DNA of 64,000 nt from Bigelowiella natans CCMP2755 (GCA_000320545.1 ADNK01002741.1:7486-71485); one strand, 5' to 3'. Positions 40,856 to 55,707 are shown, numbered from the stretch's first letter. Notes: generated by a model from the letters alone, not told the origin. Program-made: numbers and translations.

Positions 40856-41742
40856 ATTCTATGTAGGTCCACGAAATGTGCGAAAGATTTCGCACATCCG
40901 ACCCGTATCCATGGCAAACGCATGGAGTTTCAGGAAAAGCAAATGTAAGAATATCAGACACACATGGTATTTTAATTGTGAAACTTTCCGCAATTTCAGA
41001 ATTATTCAACGCAATACATCCTTGAGACATACGAAAAAATGGTTGAGAAAGACATAAATCAAACAATATTTTTTTAGTACACAGTTTCATGTTGATGAAA
41101 AGAGACTTATTGGGACTCACTAAACTAGGACGGGGCAGCTGTGTGCTTTCATCCACCAAAACGGAAATTAGCTTTGAATTATGTACAAATTAAACGAAAC
41201 CAGATCGATGCGGCACGTGTTAGCATAATTTTACATGGTATTTTTACCATATTTCTTTTTTTTGTACATGCGTTTTGTGTCCTCTTGCGTTTCTCCGAAC
41301 AACAATGTACATGTAACGGCGCGCCCGTTTGAAAAAGCTACCTCTGCCTGATGGCTGATCATTCACCATAAAATAGACCTCTAAGCATCCTGCGACAATA
41401 CGAAATAACATGTCTCAAGTTTTAAAACATATTTTGTCGTTCTCGACAAATGCAGGACGTATTTGACTCTTATATTTGGAAGGATGTTGTCGCGCAGTTA
41501 GTCAATTATTACCCTACTCAGGGCCCCTGGTGCTTCTTGAACCCCGGCTGTTGCTCTTTCGGCTGCCGAATTCGTTAGTTCGCTTGAGAGAAGGCATGGA
41601 AGACACCGCACATTCGTAAATTATACACTCATACCCGGAGGAACTGTTCGCGCCGGTGCTCCGCAGCTACTTGTGCGCACCGACATGCTCTTTTTCATAT
41701 AACCCAGATACTCGCAGCGGCCAAGAAGGACCCCCACCCCGT

Positions 41743-42958
41743 ATGTACTGGCTTGCCATCGCCATCGTGGTTCAGGCTTCGGCAACACCAAGGCTGTACA
41801 ATGGGAGAAGGTCGGCTGGATCTCGAGACTTACACGGCTATTATGTCGCATGTGTGCGTTCAGATAATAATGCTATCCTCTCATACACAATAGGGCCCTT
41901 GTCACCTCGAATCAATTCCAGCGCGTCACTTCACCACCCAAAATTAAGTTTCGTGGGATCAACAGCTGCAACCACGTGTCGCAACAAACTCGAGCGTTTT
42001 GGTCACGCCCCCCCCCCCCGCCAGAGCCGACGAAAATCGAGTACGAATAGAGTAGAGTTGATCAAATATGTTCGGAAACTCACCTAAGATTGTGCACCAA
42101 AGATATGAAAGGCGTACACTATCATTCTATGCTGAAAATAACATCACTTTGCATTTCATGTGCCATTACAAGCAGCGGAATTTCCTCACCCCAAACATGT
42201 TTTGTTGTCGTTGTACGACTAGGGCTCTCAGAGAGCTGATATCGGTTTATCCTTCGATTTTGAAGGCCACAGCAGTAGATGCAGTAACCAAAATCAAGGA
42301 GCAGAAGGTTGTTGTAGCTGCAGGTAGTCTGATTGCAGGAGCTAAAGAGAGTCGGATCGTTGGGTTTGTTGCCGACGCTGTAGAGACGAATCCGAAGACA
42401 TCTGCGGTTATTGCCGGCGGGACCTTTCTTGCAAGTGAGTTGTAGGAGAACCGAGAGACGTATATCCACCTAGAGAGGGGTAGGAGGGTATGGAAAATAA
42501 GTAAATAAATGATACTAGACACGCTATTATCTCGCCAATTGTGTGAGGAGAATGAGGAGGGTGTTGCATGAGGGGTACCTATCGAGCACGATTGAATATA
42601 TAGTGGTGATATGCGTATGATTTTCCGTAAAATACCTGCAGCAGTTGAGCAAAGGATGTGCACTACGGCACTAATCTATTCTATATCTTTCTTGATGTTT
42701 TCACACCAACCTAGCATATCTTGCACGAAGAGCGACAGCAAGGTATTAGTATTGCAGTGTTGGCACCACAACAAACTGACCCTTCCTACAAAAACTAAAT
42801 AGAAATAACGCCAGAAGAGAGGCAGCAGGAGCTCTGACTGGTAATGGCGCTGCCCCACCCGGAGTACTTCAAAAGAGTCTAGAGGCAGGTGTGAATCGTC
42901 ACTGTAATTACGGATTTGGAAAAATGTAGAGTGGACTACTTCCGATAGTTTTTCTCCT

Positions 42959-42991
<33 letters not shown>

Positions 42992-43073
42992 ACGACGACG
43001 ACGACGACGACGATGATGATGATGATGATGATGATGATGAAAAAGCCTTTCTAATAGGTATAAATGCATGATT

Positions 43074-43114
<41 letters not shown>

Positions 43115-43942
43115 TGCGCAGGGAGTCTGCCGTCCAAACGTGGCAAAGGCGAGAAGGAGAGCGCTACAAACCCCTCATCAAGGTACAGTGTGTGAGAGTG
43201 TATGATTCGTGATAATGATTTTCTGTAAGCTGCTGCAGTCTTAGCCGTCGCTACTGCCATTTCGTATTCCTTGAAGCTTCTCTTTCTCCCCTCTCTTTCT
43301 CTTCTCCCTCTCGTCTCCTCCGCTGAGATTGCTATTTGTCAACTAACAACATCGGTAAACAGATTGTCCAAGATATCCGGGATCTCGCGCCCCGTGCGCG
43401 CGCTGCTCTCGCCCCCCCTCCCCTTGCAGTTCGCAGTTGATGGGAAACCCGTCGACCTGGAGGTTGCGTTGATTGACCTTTACATGTGTCTGCGCGCGCG
43501 CTTGTGTTCGCGTGCGGCGTGCTTGCGATATGCATCGCAAACGCTCCGCATCATATGCAAGTATTTCGTCGAGCGTGCTCACGTATTGGAACGGTTGCTT
43601 TCCGATCAGGAAGAGGACGGTATCGATGTCGACGTTGATCCCACAGCGTCATCTATAAGGTAGCAGCATCTTTGCTATGCATTCGATCTCCTCCCCCCCC
43701 CCCGCCCCCGTCCCGCGACGTCTGAAAATAAGGCACAGTCTACGAAGAAGTGGATGTATTCATCGATGTCATAGGTGTAATGTCGAGAAATGTTGTTCTT
43801 TTTGTTGTCGTGTGGTGCGGATTGATTAGCTTCCGCTTTTCGGGATCAAATGGGGCCATTCTACGTGTCGCTGGGGTAGGTTCCAACGACATCGCATACC
43901 TCGCCACTGCAGCACATATTTCTTCCTTCTTCTCTCTCTCTC

Positions 43943-44036
<94 letters not shown>

Positions 44037-46158
44037 TATATAATTTATACATATGACACTACAGCTTGGAGGAAAAGGCGGGGAGGAAACCTCAACCTTA
44101 ATATATGTAAGCTAAACAGCTAAAATTAAACTTTTCTTCTCTGTCTCCCTCCCCCCCCCACCCATTCTTCTCTCCATTTGTCTATTACTTATGCACCCTG
44201 CCGATCCCTCTCATGAGTCAATTGGTGTTGTTTGCAAATCAACCTAGCTTTCTCTTTCCTCCAGCGTTTGCATGGCTCCCCCTTCATCCCTGTAGAATTT
44301 AGTCATTTTGTAGAAATGCTCTTGCATCTGCTTCTTCTTTGCCTTTGGTGATATCTGCTGCTGCTGTGACGCTTTGTGGTGCTTTTCAAGGTGCTTTCTA
44401 AGACGCAGACGTTGGCACGAATTCCAGTCTTTCCGGTACTATACAACAATAGAGTGATAAATACACAAATACTAACACACGCACACGCACACACACACAC
44501 ATATACATACACATACACATACACATACACACGCACGCACACATTCACACACAAATACGTTTGCGCGTAACATACACGATGACGATATATTCAGGGAGAA
44601 AAGCGCAGATTGACGATTACATACAGCCCTCCCGGGCCTGGAGTGAAGGTGCTCGAGATGATACACACACGCGTTTCGCACGCGAGAAATCGGGTGGGGG
44701 GGGGGGGGAGGAGGTAGATAGATGTATGGTGAGCTTTAAGCTCATAACTATAGCAGATATGCATTCAGCAGCTCGAAGACGGTTTTAGAAATAGTTGCGT
44801 TTATTCTCGTATGCTGATCTGTTGTCTGCTCCCCCCCCCCCCCTCCCCCCGCCCATCCCAAATCAGTCTCAGCGCTTCTACATCAATATCCGGAGGATCT
44901 CCAACACTGCTGCTATACAGCAGGTCGCTTTGGGCAATAGCACCGAGGAGTATGAGCTAATCCCAGGTTTGGTAGTTTTTGTTAGTTTTTTTATTACTAT
45001 TGTAATCATTGGTATCTGCACTGGTAGAAGTAGAAGAGGATTTTGTGCAATGCTAGATGCCAAACGTATTGCTTCTTTCTCTACTCAACTCTCTCTTTCC
45101 CTCATAATGTGCAATCTGTGCCCCTCTCCCTTTCGCCGTGTACTATTTAACAATGCATCTCTGGAGCAAATGTTCCTCTCCCCCCCCCCCTCCCAAATAT
45201 GTACTCATTCAGGATTCACGCCTGAGCAGTCGAGATATTCGTTTTCTGTTCCGCAGGACTTTAGAAGGTCGTTTTGCCTTCATGGGAATGATACTGATCA
45301 TGTTAATGGCGGTGATGACCTTCGTATTATGATGGTGATGATGATGATAATGATGATGGTGGTGGTGGTACATTTTTCACTCAAATCGAGCACTCTATCA
45401 CAACACACGCACACGAAGACAAGCGCCCTGTCACACTCTCTTCTTCTTCCTCCTCCTCCTCCTCCTCCTCCTCCTCTACTTTTACTCCTCGCTACCACCC
45501 AGTATGACTCTGTTGGTGAAAGCTGCTGGGGCAGGTGGAAGTGTGTCATTTGGAGACTCTCTCTTCACAGGGTCAAAAAAGGTAGCAAGGGGGCACCAGA
45601 GAGGGCCTAAATGGCCAATGCTACAGAGAAAGAATAGACGGAAGTCTGCATGAAAGAAGAATGCCAGTGAATCTCCAGACAGAACCTTACAATTTCTATA
45701 AAGCAGAAGATGCATGCTTTATCATGGCGTCGAGGAATTGAGTCGTGTTTTCTTATATTATTTACATTTTTTTAAAAAAAGACTATCATCATCACCACCT
45801 GTTGGTGTGTTTCGCCGTTTGATGGCTTCTGTTAGAGCTCCTCCCTTCTTCGCTCATTCTTGTGGAATGCGGATGTTCCTTGTGTTGCAGAGCGTCTCGC
45901 TCGATCGATGGGCGACGTCCGATAGAATTGTACTAGCGCCGGGGCCAAACAACATCAAGGTTGCGCGTTTTCGCTTAAGTTATCACACCTGTCGTAGTCT
46001 TGAAATGCTGCTCCCATAACTTTCGATGCGATGCTGATTGAGATGGCAATCCTGGAACGGTGAATGGGCGAGAAATCAAACGATGATGTTACTTTTTAAC
46101 GAGCGTTACGATGACCGTGTACTTGTTTGTCTGCTGTCTCTCCCCTCCCCTGGCCCCA

Positions 46159-46214
<56 letters not shown>

Positions 46215-46636
46215 GGTGGGTGTATAGATAAATACCGTATCTGAAGACCGCATGGAGAGGTGAGCAAGTTAACCGTAGAAAGGAAGGGAGAGGAAGAGGG
46301 GAAACTGACAGAATCAGAAGGAACGAAGGAAGTTATAAGGAGTAGCAGTTTGCCGTATCACAAGACAAAGTCTGCAATTGTGATATCGTCGCAGTCTCCA
46401 GCCCAACAACTTCGTGCACATTATATATGTATAATATATATTAAATTGTGTGTGCGTATTAAAAGTGACTGGTATCTCATCACGATGGTATTCCGCCACG
46501 CTTCAACATCGCCTCCCCCCCCCCCCCCCCCTTCCATTTCTTGTGGCCCCCATCATAGGCGGACCTACACAATTCGAGTAGTGCGAGAATCTAAGCATTT
46601 GGTTATGAACACAGGTTATCCCTCTCTATAATATTC

Positions 46637-46681
<45 letters not shown>

Positions 46682-47580
46682 TCTCTCTTTTTCTCTCTTT
46701 CACCCTCCCCTTCCACCCCCCCCCTCCTCCCCATTCCTATTGACACATTCATACTTTCAGCCGCAATGATGCTACCAAAGAGGGACAAAATTGTCGGTTT
46801 ATTCGCAAAACACGCACCGATTTTTCCACAGAAAATATCCCTTACTTACAGCAGAAATGCAGCACTCCGTGGTGTATTAGTGTTTGGTATTTGCACGTGT
46901 GTTGATGGCGATGAACCCCTGCATAAATGCATCATCACAGAACACTCCTAAATCGAGATGTTTACGAGATCCCAAAAAATTTAACAAGTATTTAATTGCC
47001 ATCAGTTGAAGGGGGGGGAGGACGCCTTTGCCATAGCGGTACGATCAAAACCCATTTTAAATGCGATTGGTCGACGAGTTTCGGGGCTGTATCGATAGCG
47101 TCTCGAGGCCTCTTCTTGTCATATGACCGACCTCCGCTGCTTTCCGTGACTCTAACCGCCTTGATGTCCTTAACCGATTTCACATGTCTTGGTCAAGTGA
47201 GCGATCCTTGTTGTGTTGTTGTGTTGTTGTTGTTGTTGTTATTGTTGTTATTGTTGTTATTGTTGTTGTCCTAACCTGCTTGTTTCCACAGGGTCCATCT
47301 TTTCGGGTGACGAGTGGAGAACTCCTCCTGCAAAACAAGTCGATGACGGTGGTAGTTGAAGAAGTAGTAGTAGTAATAATAATACATATATGATGTTAGC
47401 TACATCGTGTGTGTGCATATAGCGTGTAATATGCTTGCAAGGTGCGGTAACAATTCCTAACCTCCCCCTCCTCCCTTCTCTCTCCCCCCCTCTCTCTCGC
47501 TCTGTTTAACATGGGCAAGACAAGTGCACGCCACATCAAATGACTTAGATATTGAGTTAAACAGAATGAGCCCGTGTGTG

Positions 47581-47624
<44 letters not shown>

Positions 47625-47669
47625 GAAAATTTCCCATATAAACTCCGGTGTTCGGTGGCTGAATACATT

Positions 47670-47707
<38 letters not shown>

Positions 47708-48169
47708 TCTACATTTTGCATGAGTAACAAACGTTCATCGATCATCTTGTAAACAGAAATCGTCCTCCACCAATGGACCTCGGAGTGTCCAAAGAAACTT
47801 CCTTGATTTCAGAGAGGCGTCGGTGATGACGGCCTCTCCTCGAGCGTCTCTAATTGCTGTTAGTGACGGCGTGAGCGCATGGTAGCTGCATTGATAACCC
47901 GACGTTCATTGTGGCATCTTGTTGTGTGTGTGGTCCCATCGATCGTTCTCGGATTATTCGTGCTTAAATCGCGTGTTGATTGACGGCTCTATTGTATCTT
48001 TATTGCTGTGTGTACGTGTGCGTATGTGCAAGAGAGAGGGAGAGAGAGAGAGATTGAAAACAGTGACAAAGTAGCTGAAAGGTATCAATTTCTTGCAGGG
48101 ACGCTCTAGGGGTCGACTCAGGAGCGTATTCACGAGAGGTACTTGCGTTTTTCGCATATGCATATTATC

Positions 48170-48238
<69 letters not shown>

Positions 48239-49297
48239 TGAGTTTGTATAATATCTCGTATTGCACACATATACACAGAAAATAAAAAATATGTGCATTA
48301 ACAAAATCACACCTATTTTCATACTATGTGCCTCTTCACACATAGGTATGATATACACATGTGAATATCCTAATTGCCTTTTTCTTTCTCCCCCACCCCA
48401 CCCCCACTTTTCCCTCGATCCAATCGAATCTAAATAGCTTATGGAACGGCTATGCGACACATACATGGCGGCCGAAGACGAAGATCAGAGTGCAAACCCA
48501 TCGGAAGGGAGCGTCCAAAATGGCGGGTCGGGCCCCTCTTCCCCTCGCAAGCAACGTGCAAGGTCTAAATGAAAAGAGGGGGCAGGAGAAGACCCAAACG
48601 CCCAACTCTGATGTTTTCCACATCATCATCTTTACGATTGTCAAATACAAAATCTCTTCATTTGCTGGACTTCCTTCCCCCCCCCCTTTTGGTTTGCCCC
48701 TGACCCCCTTCGTCTTTCCCCCCCCCCCCCCCCCCTAGCCGAACAGCATTGAGCTTGCTTTCGCGGGCATGGAAAGGCGCCAAAACGGTCGGGTCAGCGA
48801 CCGCAACACTCGTGGTAGTGAACGTAGTTGTTGGGATGGTAGCAAAGAGAACTTGGGAGGCCTCCTACACATCATGCAATTGTATTCGTTCTCTACTTTG
48901 TTCTCGCGCGCCGCGCGGAGTCACCTCTCTGTCGCGTGCCTTTCGCGCTATTTTTTTTACTTCGATCCGACGCGAAGGAACGGCGAATGCAATGCCTTTC
49001 AATACCACACACCAACAGCGTCTCCACGTCTTCTGCTATTTTCGCGTCAGTTTTTGGAATCTGCATTGTTATTGCGGGTTGATCAATCGTTCTATCTATG
49101 TTGCACCTTTGTTTTCAGCGCTTAGAAGACACAGCACTCAGTGCAGCCGTTGTAGGTGCGTAGCGGGTGTGTGTGTGTGTGCGTGCGTGTGTGAATGATG
49201 CAGAGGGAGGGGAGGGAGATTTAACGATAAGAGAGAAAGTGAGAAATTGTGAGGATATATTCGCATGCACTCAGGGATTTCATAATGAAACGACATG

Positions 49298-49342
<45 letters not shown>

Positions 49343-49959
49343 GATGGAAATGTGTTCGATCGTAGGAGATTCGCAGTTTGTAGTGATTAGAGACGACAAG
49401 ATCATCTATACTAGTCCAGTGCAGGAGGTAATAACTAATAATAACGATGATAACAAGATGCAGGACTCAAGATCTCTCACAATTTCGCACTCGGCACAAT
49501 CTTCACTCAAAACTTTAGAAACCACTTGAGGAGAGGCATTCCTCCCCCCCCCCCTATCTACCCTACGCATTGTGTACGAAACAGCATATCCCACAAATAC
49601 ATACGCAGATTGCATTTAACACTCCGTATCAACTCCCTGCTCCCGATGGAAATCCGTCGCATCTGGTACTTCCTCATCAGAATAGAGCAATGGCAGGAGG
49701 GGGGGGTTAGGGGGGGGGGATATTGTGAATACTTAATTTATGCTTTAACGGAGAATGGCATGTATTTCTCCATCGCTTTCGTCGTGCAGTACACGAGGAG
49801 CTGCTGTGTCGCGCGGCAATGAGCGCCGAATTTTTCTCGGCATGACATGCAAACTTTTCGTCTAGATTTCCGTTGCGAATCAGGAGTTTACGCCGAATGT
49901 TTTTAAAAAAAAAAACGAGAGAGAGATTACATAAATATGTTTGTGCGTTTTGTGCGTTT

Positions 49960-49996
<37 letters not shown>

Positions 49997-50504
49997 TGTT
50001 TGTTTGTGTGTGTTTGGGCGTGTTAAGGAGTTCCAATCGCCAAAGGATGCAAGAAAGGTGAAGAATTAACTCACATCAACTGCTACGTTTGAGCGTTTTA
50101 TCGTAGCACAGAGAGCATTTAGATCTATCATGATGTTCCGAGTGCATAATTAAGTTTAACGATAAACTGAATCATTTTAATCAGATCACACTCAGGGACA
50201 TGCGAGAAGGGGATGTAGTCATCGTAAGTGCAACGAAGACGTACACACGCACACCATACACCCAACCATGTGTGTAATCATGCTTTCATATGATTGATGC
50301 TCAAATGCAATATTGCATGGTTTGCCTTCAGCTCGGAACGGATGGCTTCTTCGATAACTTGTTCCCTGAAGATATAAAAAGAGTGTGTGAGCACAATCAC
50401 GATAAAATACGCCTTTTCTTTCTTGCGGAGCGATTGCCGGAGGGTGGCGCCATCCTCAGTGCATTCAAAACTTTTTCCCAGGACGCAGTATTTATTGGAC
50501 ATGC

Positions 50505-50542
<38 letters not shown>

Positions 50543-50640
50543 ATGCGATCTGCTGCCGCTGCATTCACTGGCGTGATGGCAATAGGTTATATCTAATTGC
50601 GCAATAAGTACGCATTTCTCTCTCTCCCTCTCTCTCTCTA

Positions 50641-50692
<52 letters not shown>

Positions 50693-51669
50693 AGAGAAAG
50701 AGAGAGAGTGTGCCTAAACCGCAATTTGGAATCCAAACAGATCACAAGGGATGTGCTAAAGAAGGAACCTATAGAAAACGGTAAGTGCTGACTAATTCAG
50801 CATACGTGTAATTATCGATTTACGAATGTATGACGAATACGATAACACACTATATTATCTACAATATAATATATATCAATATTTTTAATATATAGTCAAG
50901 TTTGTGCATTGTTTCACATCGTATTTCACTCCTTTGCCTCTTGATTATCGTGATATGCTTGATTAGTACCTGCTGCGCTTACTGAAGCTTTGCTAGAAGA
51001 GAGCTTTAAAGTGTCGGAGGTAGGACCAGACTAAGTGTATGATGATGAGAATGGCGGCGATGGTGATGATGATGATGATGATGATGATTGCATACACAGT
51101 TTACACGCATTGATGAGTGAAGACCCCGTAGCATATGTACGATAACAAGCGCAGCATCGATCTAGCGGGGCGCGTAAATCCTTAAAGAGACATCACAACA
51201 TCAAACGCACATCAAAATTACCTTTGGAAGTGAGAAAAGCAGTCATCGATTGTCGTACAAGTGTTTCATCGACGTTATGTGTGAAATGAAACATGCGTGC
51301 GCGCATCTATTGTCTGAGGCGCTAATAATGCGATTTTGGGGGACAGAAAATAACGGGAAATTCACCCTGGGCGAAAGAAGCTTCTCGAGAGGTAATGTTG
51401 TCGATTTCAGCGAAACACATCGCCGAAAGATATTGATTCAGTCCGATTCACGATTGCAACGAGAAACCGCCTCCAACGCCAAGCATTCGTTGACATTGAC
51501 TTTTGGCAAAGTCTCACGTCGAAATTGCTTCCTCTTCTCTCTGCGAAAACTACAGGTAAAGAAGGAGGCGGCTAGGTTGAGGAGAGCAGGCGAAGACGTC
51601 GAGTACGAGCTTGCATTCGGAGGAAAACCAGACGACATAACCGTCGTTGTCGGTGTAGTGACGAATTGA
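41743..51669 (+). CDS. PTC7/PBCP-type PP2C phosphatase fused C-terminally to cadherin-like beta-sandwich region(s), with putative bipartite leader
   Basis: PP2C motifs across exons are AMMLPKRDKI-LKGGEDAF, IAVSDGVSAW-DALGVDSGAYSRE-LM, GSATAT, VGDSQFVVIR, FNTPYQL, EGDVVI-LGTDGFFDNLF and GGKPDDITVVV*. Upstream exons read GFTPEQSRYSFSVP, LAPGPNNIK and RTYTIRVVR. The start codon is uncertain (41596 or 41743). Confidence 0.85.
42960..43100. repeat. Compound (AAC)n(GAC)n(GAT)n and (TG)n intronic microsatellites
   Basis: A directly visible stepwise trinucleotide array is followed by a TG tract. Confidence 0.9.
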
Positions 51670-52793
51670 GGTCGATCTAGCGACAGATATGCGTCGAAAC
51701 TTGCGCGCATTCATTCGCTACAATACCGCAATGAGCAGTGCACGTGCCGTGGGTGTGTATGGGTTGTTGCTGCGGCATGATGATAAACATGCTCATTCTG
51801 CCATGGTGAGGAAATGTAGGCGAAAACTTGTACTATTTGATCAATAGTGGGCTCATGTATTATGATAATGAGCTTAATCGATGGGGAAGCTCTTGCTTCG
51901 CTGCTAGCACTCTGTGCTTTGTGTATCTACACATTACACATTTTGAACAAACACATGCAACTCCGGACCTGCCATCCTGGCCGGACTCCACACATCTCAG
52001 ATGGTAACATGCGCTAGTGCGCATCATACTAGCATAGCCGCACAGCTGCTTTTTCTTTACTACGTGCAAAAATGCTTGATTTGCATGTGATCGTGATCGT
52101 AACATGTTGCATCTGTCATAATCAATAAGTTGCAAATGCGCATGCTTGCGCGCTGGCCTGCGCTGCTAATCAAATCATAAGCCTTTCCCAAAAATGCAAG
52201 ATGAAAGTAATTAATCAATTAAATAAAATCTATTTCATGGCCATCCTCAGGTAGCTAGGTAGCTGTGCGCAATGCTAGAATGCTAAAGATGTACAAATTA
52301 TATATGTATATATGTCACTATTTATACTGTGTCTATGGCATGTGGTTTGCTAATACAGATCTAACAAATGTGCATAACGCAGGAAGCCAATGCAAGCTAA
52401 TGAATTGCTTCTAATCTTACTGATCTACATGACCACGCGCTTGCATAAAACCAAAGCTAGAAAGCAATGTAATAAGTATGCAGGTAGATTTAGCGCTATA
52501 TAGCGTCGCCATACCCTAGCTCCGCGCCCGCGGTACGGCGCATATAGTCTAATAGTGCGCGGGTCAAACCGATGTGTGCAGAATGAAAGGCTCATGCATC
52601 GCATAGCAGTGATACCCTTTGAGAATTGCAAGCACGGATGAAATCAAACCAAAGTATACGTCCAGACGTGCATACACACACGCACACACACACACACGCA
52701 TACATACATACACACTCGTATGAGCGATGAGAGAGAAACATAGAGGGAAAACCCTTCGAATCAGAGGCCTTTGGAGTTCTCCTTTCGCTCTTG

Positions 52794-53521
52794 CTAAGAA
52801 GGTCGGGAGAGACGCTTCACTTTGGGGAGACTAAGCGGAGCTTTCAGGGACACGGTGCCCTCTTTTCCTCTGCTCATCTTCGCGCCAACCTCGCGATAGT
52901 GCGTCTTCAATTTTGGCAGCGTAATCTGGGCAGCAGTATAAAGAAAAAGGAACAGATTTTTACGGGAGGAGATTAGTTGATGACAGGGTAGGATAGGCTC
53001 TGCATTTGATCTTCACCTTAAGTATTTCGGCAATCTTCGCAACTTCTTCCATTGGAATCTGAACCCGCACGCACAGATAGTTGGTTCTTTCGAATTCAAT
53101 AACGATGAGGATGATGGTTCGTGGGGGGGGCACGGGGAGGGGGGGGGGGGGGGAGGGGGAAGGAATACACGAGAGTTCTGTGAAGTACAGATGAAGCAGC
53201 AGGCTGCAAAATTGCCTTGTCTTGCGACATGGTCACGTGTCACGTTGCACAGGGCAAAATCGATCAAATTCGGAATTTGGTTCCCAGATGACAAACTAGG
53301 CAGAAAGACATTGGCTATTTCTTCTATCGTGAGACGCTTATATGACCGCAAATCCGCTCGCTTTGAGGGAAACGACGCAGATACGACAGAGCAGCTTTGT
53401 TCTGTGCACAAATTGTATGGAAGTGTAGGCACATGATTAGATAACTCTCGAGCTGAATAATCTGGATTTCCAGTAGATACAGGCAACTTGCAGAGATGCA
53501 CCCATCCTTTTTACATATCAA

Positions 53522-53565
<44 letters not shown>

Positions 53566-54077
53566 TCACAAACGCAACGACACACATACAGAAGTAAAAG
53601 TAAAAACTACCTATTAGCCATGGTGACTGATTGTTTCTGACAGAATAATGATGGAATTTAAAAAAGGGGGGGGGGAGGGGAGGGGGGGGAGAGAGGAAGA
53701 TGCGAAATCAGAAAATCAATCGTGACTTGTTCCCCCGCCCCGTTATCTATTGGGTGTGCGGTGTGCAGCTTTAATGTTCATATTTCGCTGCTTTCGTGAC
53801 CTTGCCCTTTTCCGTAAATAAGGACGTCAGCTGCTCGGTTATGCTAGGAGGGGCATCGTCTATTCTTTGCCTGAGATTCGCAATATTTGTATGCGATCAT
53901 CATCATCATCATCATCATCACCATCATCATCATTGCGGCCGTTGCAATAGTAATCGTTAACAAACCAGCTATTACGTTACCCCCCCCCCCCCTCCCCCTC
54001 GGTCACTTACCCTTTATTTGACCGCCGATGGCTGGTGACATAGAATGAGAGGAGATAGTGCAGATACATCGCCATTC

Positions 54078-54126
<49 letters not shown>

Positions 54127-54156
54127 CGAAGTACAACCTCAAAATTATTTAACCAT

Positions 54157-54206
<50 letters not shown>

Positions 54207-54506
54207 TATCGATTCTCATTGCATCGATCATCTATCACGCGTATCGTAATTCGGCCAATGCGGCATTTAAAACCGGCAAAACAGCGGTAAACATCGTTGA
54301 GCATGCATCTGATTTGATTCATAAATTGTCCTTTTGGTTATTATTACCGAATCCTCATTTTCTTCTGCTTCTTCTGAAGAGTATTCGCACGTGCCAGTGC
54401 TAGACGCACCAGAGAACATGGGTACTAATTTGGGGAGGGGGGGGGGGGAGAATCGACGACGACAAGATCAACGCATCGAGACAGCAGTAACGTAAGTACA
54501 ATTCGT

Positions 54507-54581
<75 letters not shown>

Positions 54582-54626
54582 CGCGCGCCCGCGTGTGTGT
54601 TAACTTACAATAAGTCAATGCTCGAA

Positions 54627-54668
<42 letters not shown>

Positions 54669-55379
54669 GAGCGATATTCTCCTCATCTTCCCACCTTCAA
54701 AGCATTCGCAGCTTTCGGATTCAAAGCCGAGAGGTTTTCGTTTGAGAGCAATCCTATTACAAGCAGTATATCCATCATATTCGACGATAACAGCAATGTA
54801 TTATGCAGCGGTGCCAAATCACAGGTATAGCACGAACCCCCCCCCCCCCCCCCCCCTCCCTCCCCCGTCCTCCCCCGCCTGTTATCATTTTCATTTTCAC
54901 TACTATATTTAGAAATTAGTTCTACGGCTAGAGAGAGACGAGGAGAAAGAAGGCATGAGGAGAGACCATTAGTCGGGTAAGCATCGTCGGGATCAACAGC
55001 CTTGATGTCGTGTGGAGGCAGGTGTGCTGCTGCGGGTGCTTCTCCATTTGCTGCGGCGTTGGCATCGGTTGCGGAGGCCATTTGTCTGTTGGAAACAACA
55101 CATGATCATGCCGTTGGTTGGTGAGGAGAAATAGATTGATGATGGCAATCACGGTGATATGACGATAGTCGATGGTGGAGAACAGTGGTAGCTTCTACGA
55201 GGCATGTTTACGCTGATAATGTACATAGTATTATAATTCATCTCACTCGCTGAGGTTTCGTTCAACCGGATCATCAGCCAAGGCCTGGGTTATTACCAAA
55301 GTAACGAAAACAACAGCACGATAGCCATATCAATACACGTAGCAAGTCTTTCTAAGCTCGCACATATACACGCAGAAAC

Positions 55380-55417
<38 letters not shown>

Positions 55418-55665
55418 ACACCCATAGCATGCATCCGTTATCATGCATTCGTTTTATACATGATCAGCAGAATGTCGATGACCTGGTCAAGCCCCATGAG
55501 CGAGTTGTCCTTCTGGATGTTGATTCGTCCTTTCACCGCTGAAGAATACGCCCTTCAAAACATCGTGCAAAGGCGAGGGTCGGCAAGGATGGCCAGGGAG
55601 CAACCGGTTAACATCGTGTGAAAAAAAAAAATTCTTTATCAAAGTAAATATATATAGGCATTTGT

Positions 55666-55707
<42 letters not shown>

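Noticed and set aside
39440-41590. Possible extra gene in the longest divergent gap
   Set aside because: Only short ORFs without recognisable motifs are present. The region is consistent with 5' UTR/intron sequence and AT-rich promoter DNA.
23192-49845. Apparent GC-AG intron donors (23192, 49840)
   Set aside because: Phase checking gave in-frame GT alternatives or showed the segment is not an exon, so no GC donor is supported.
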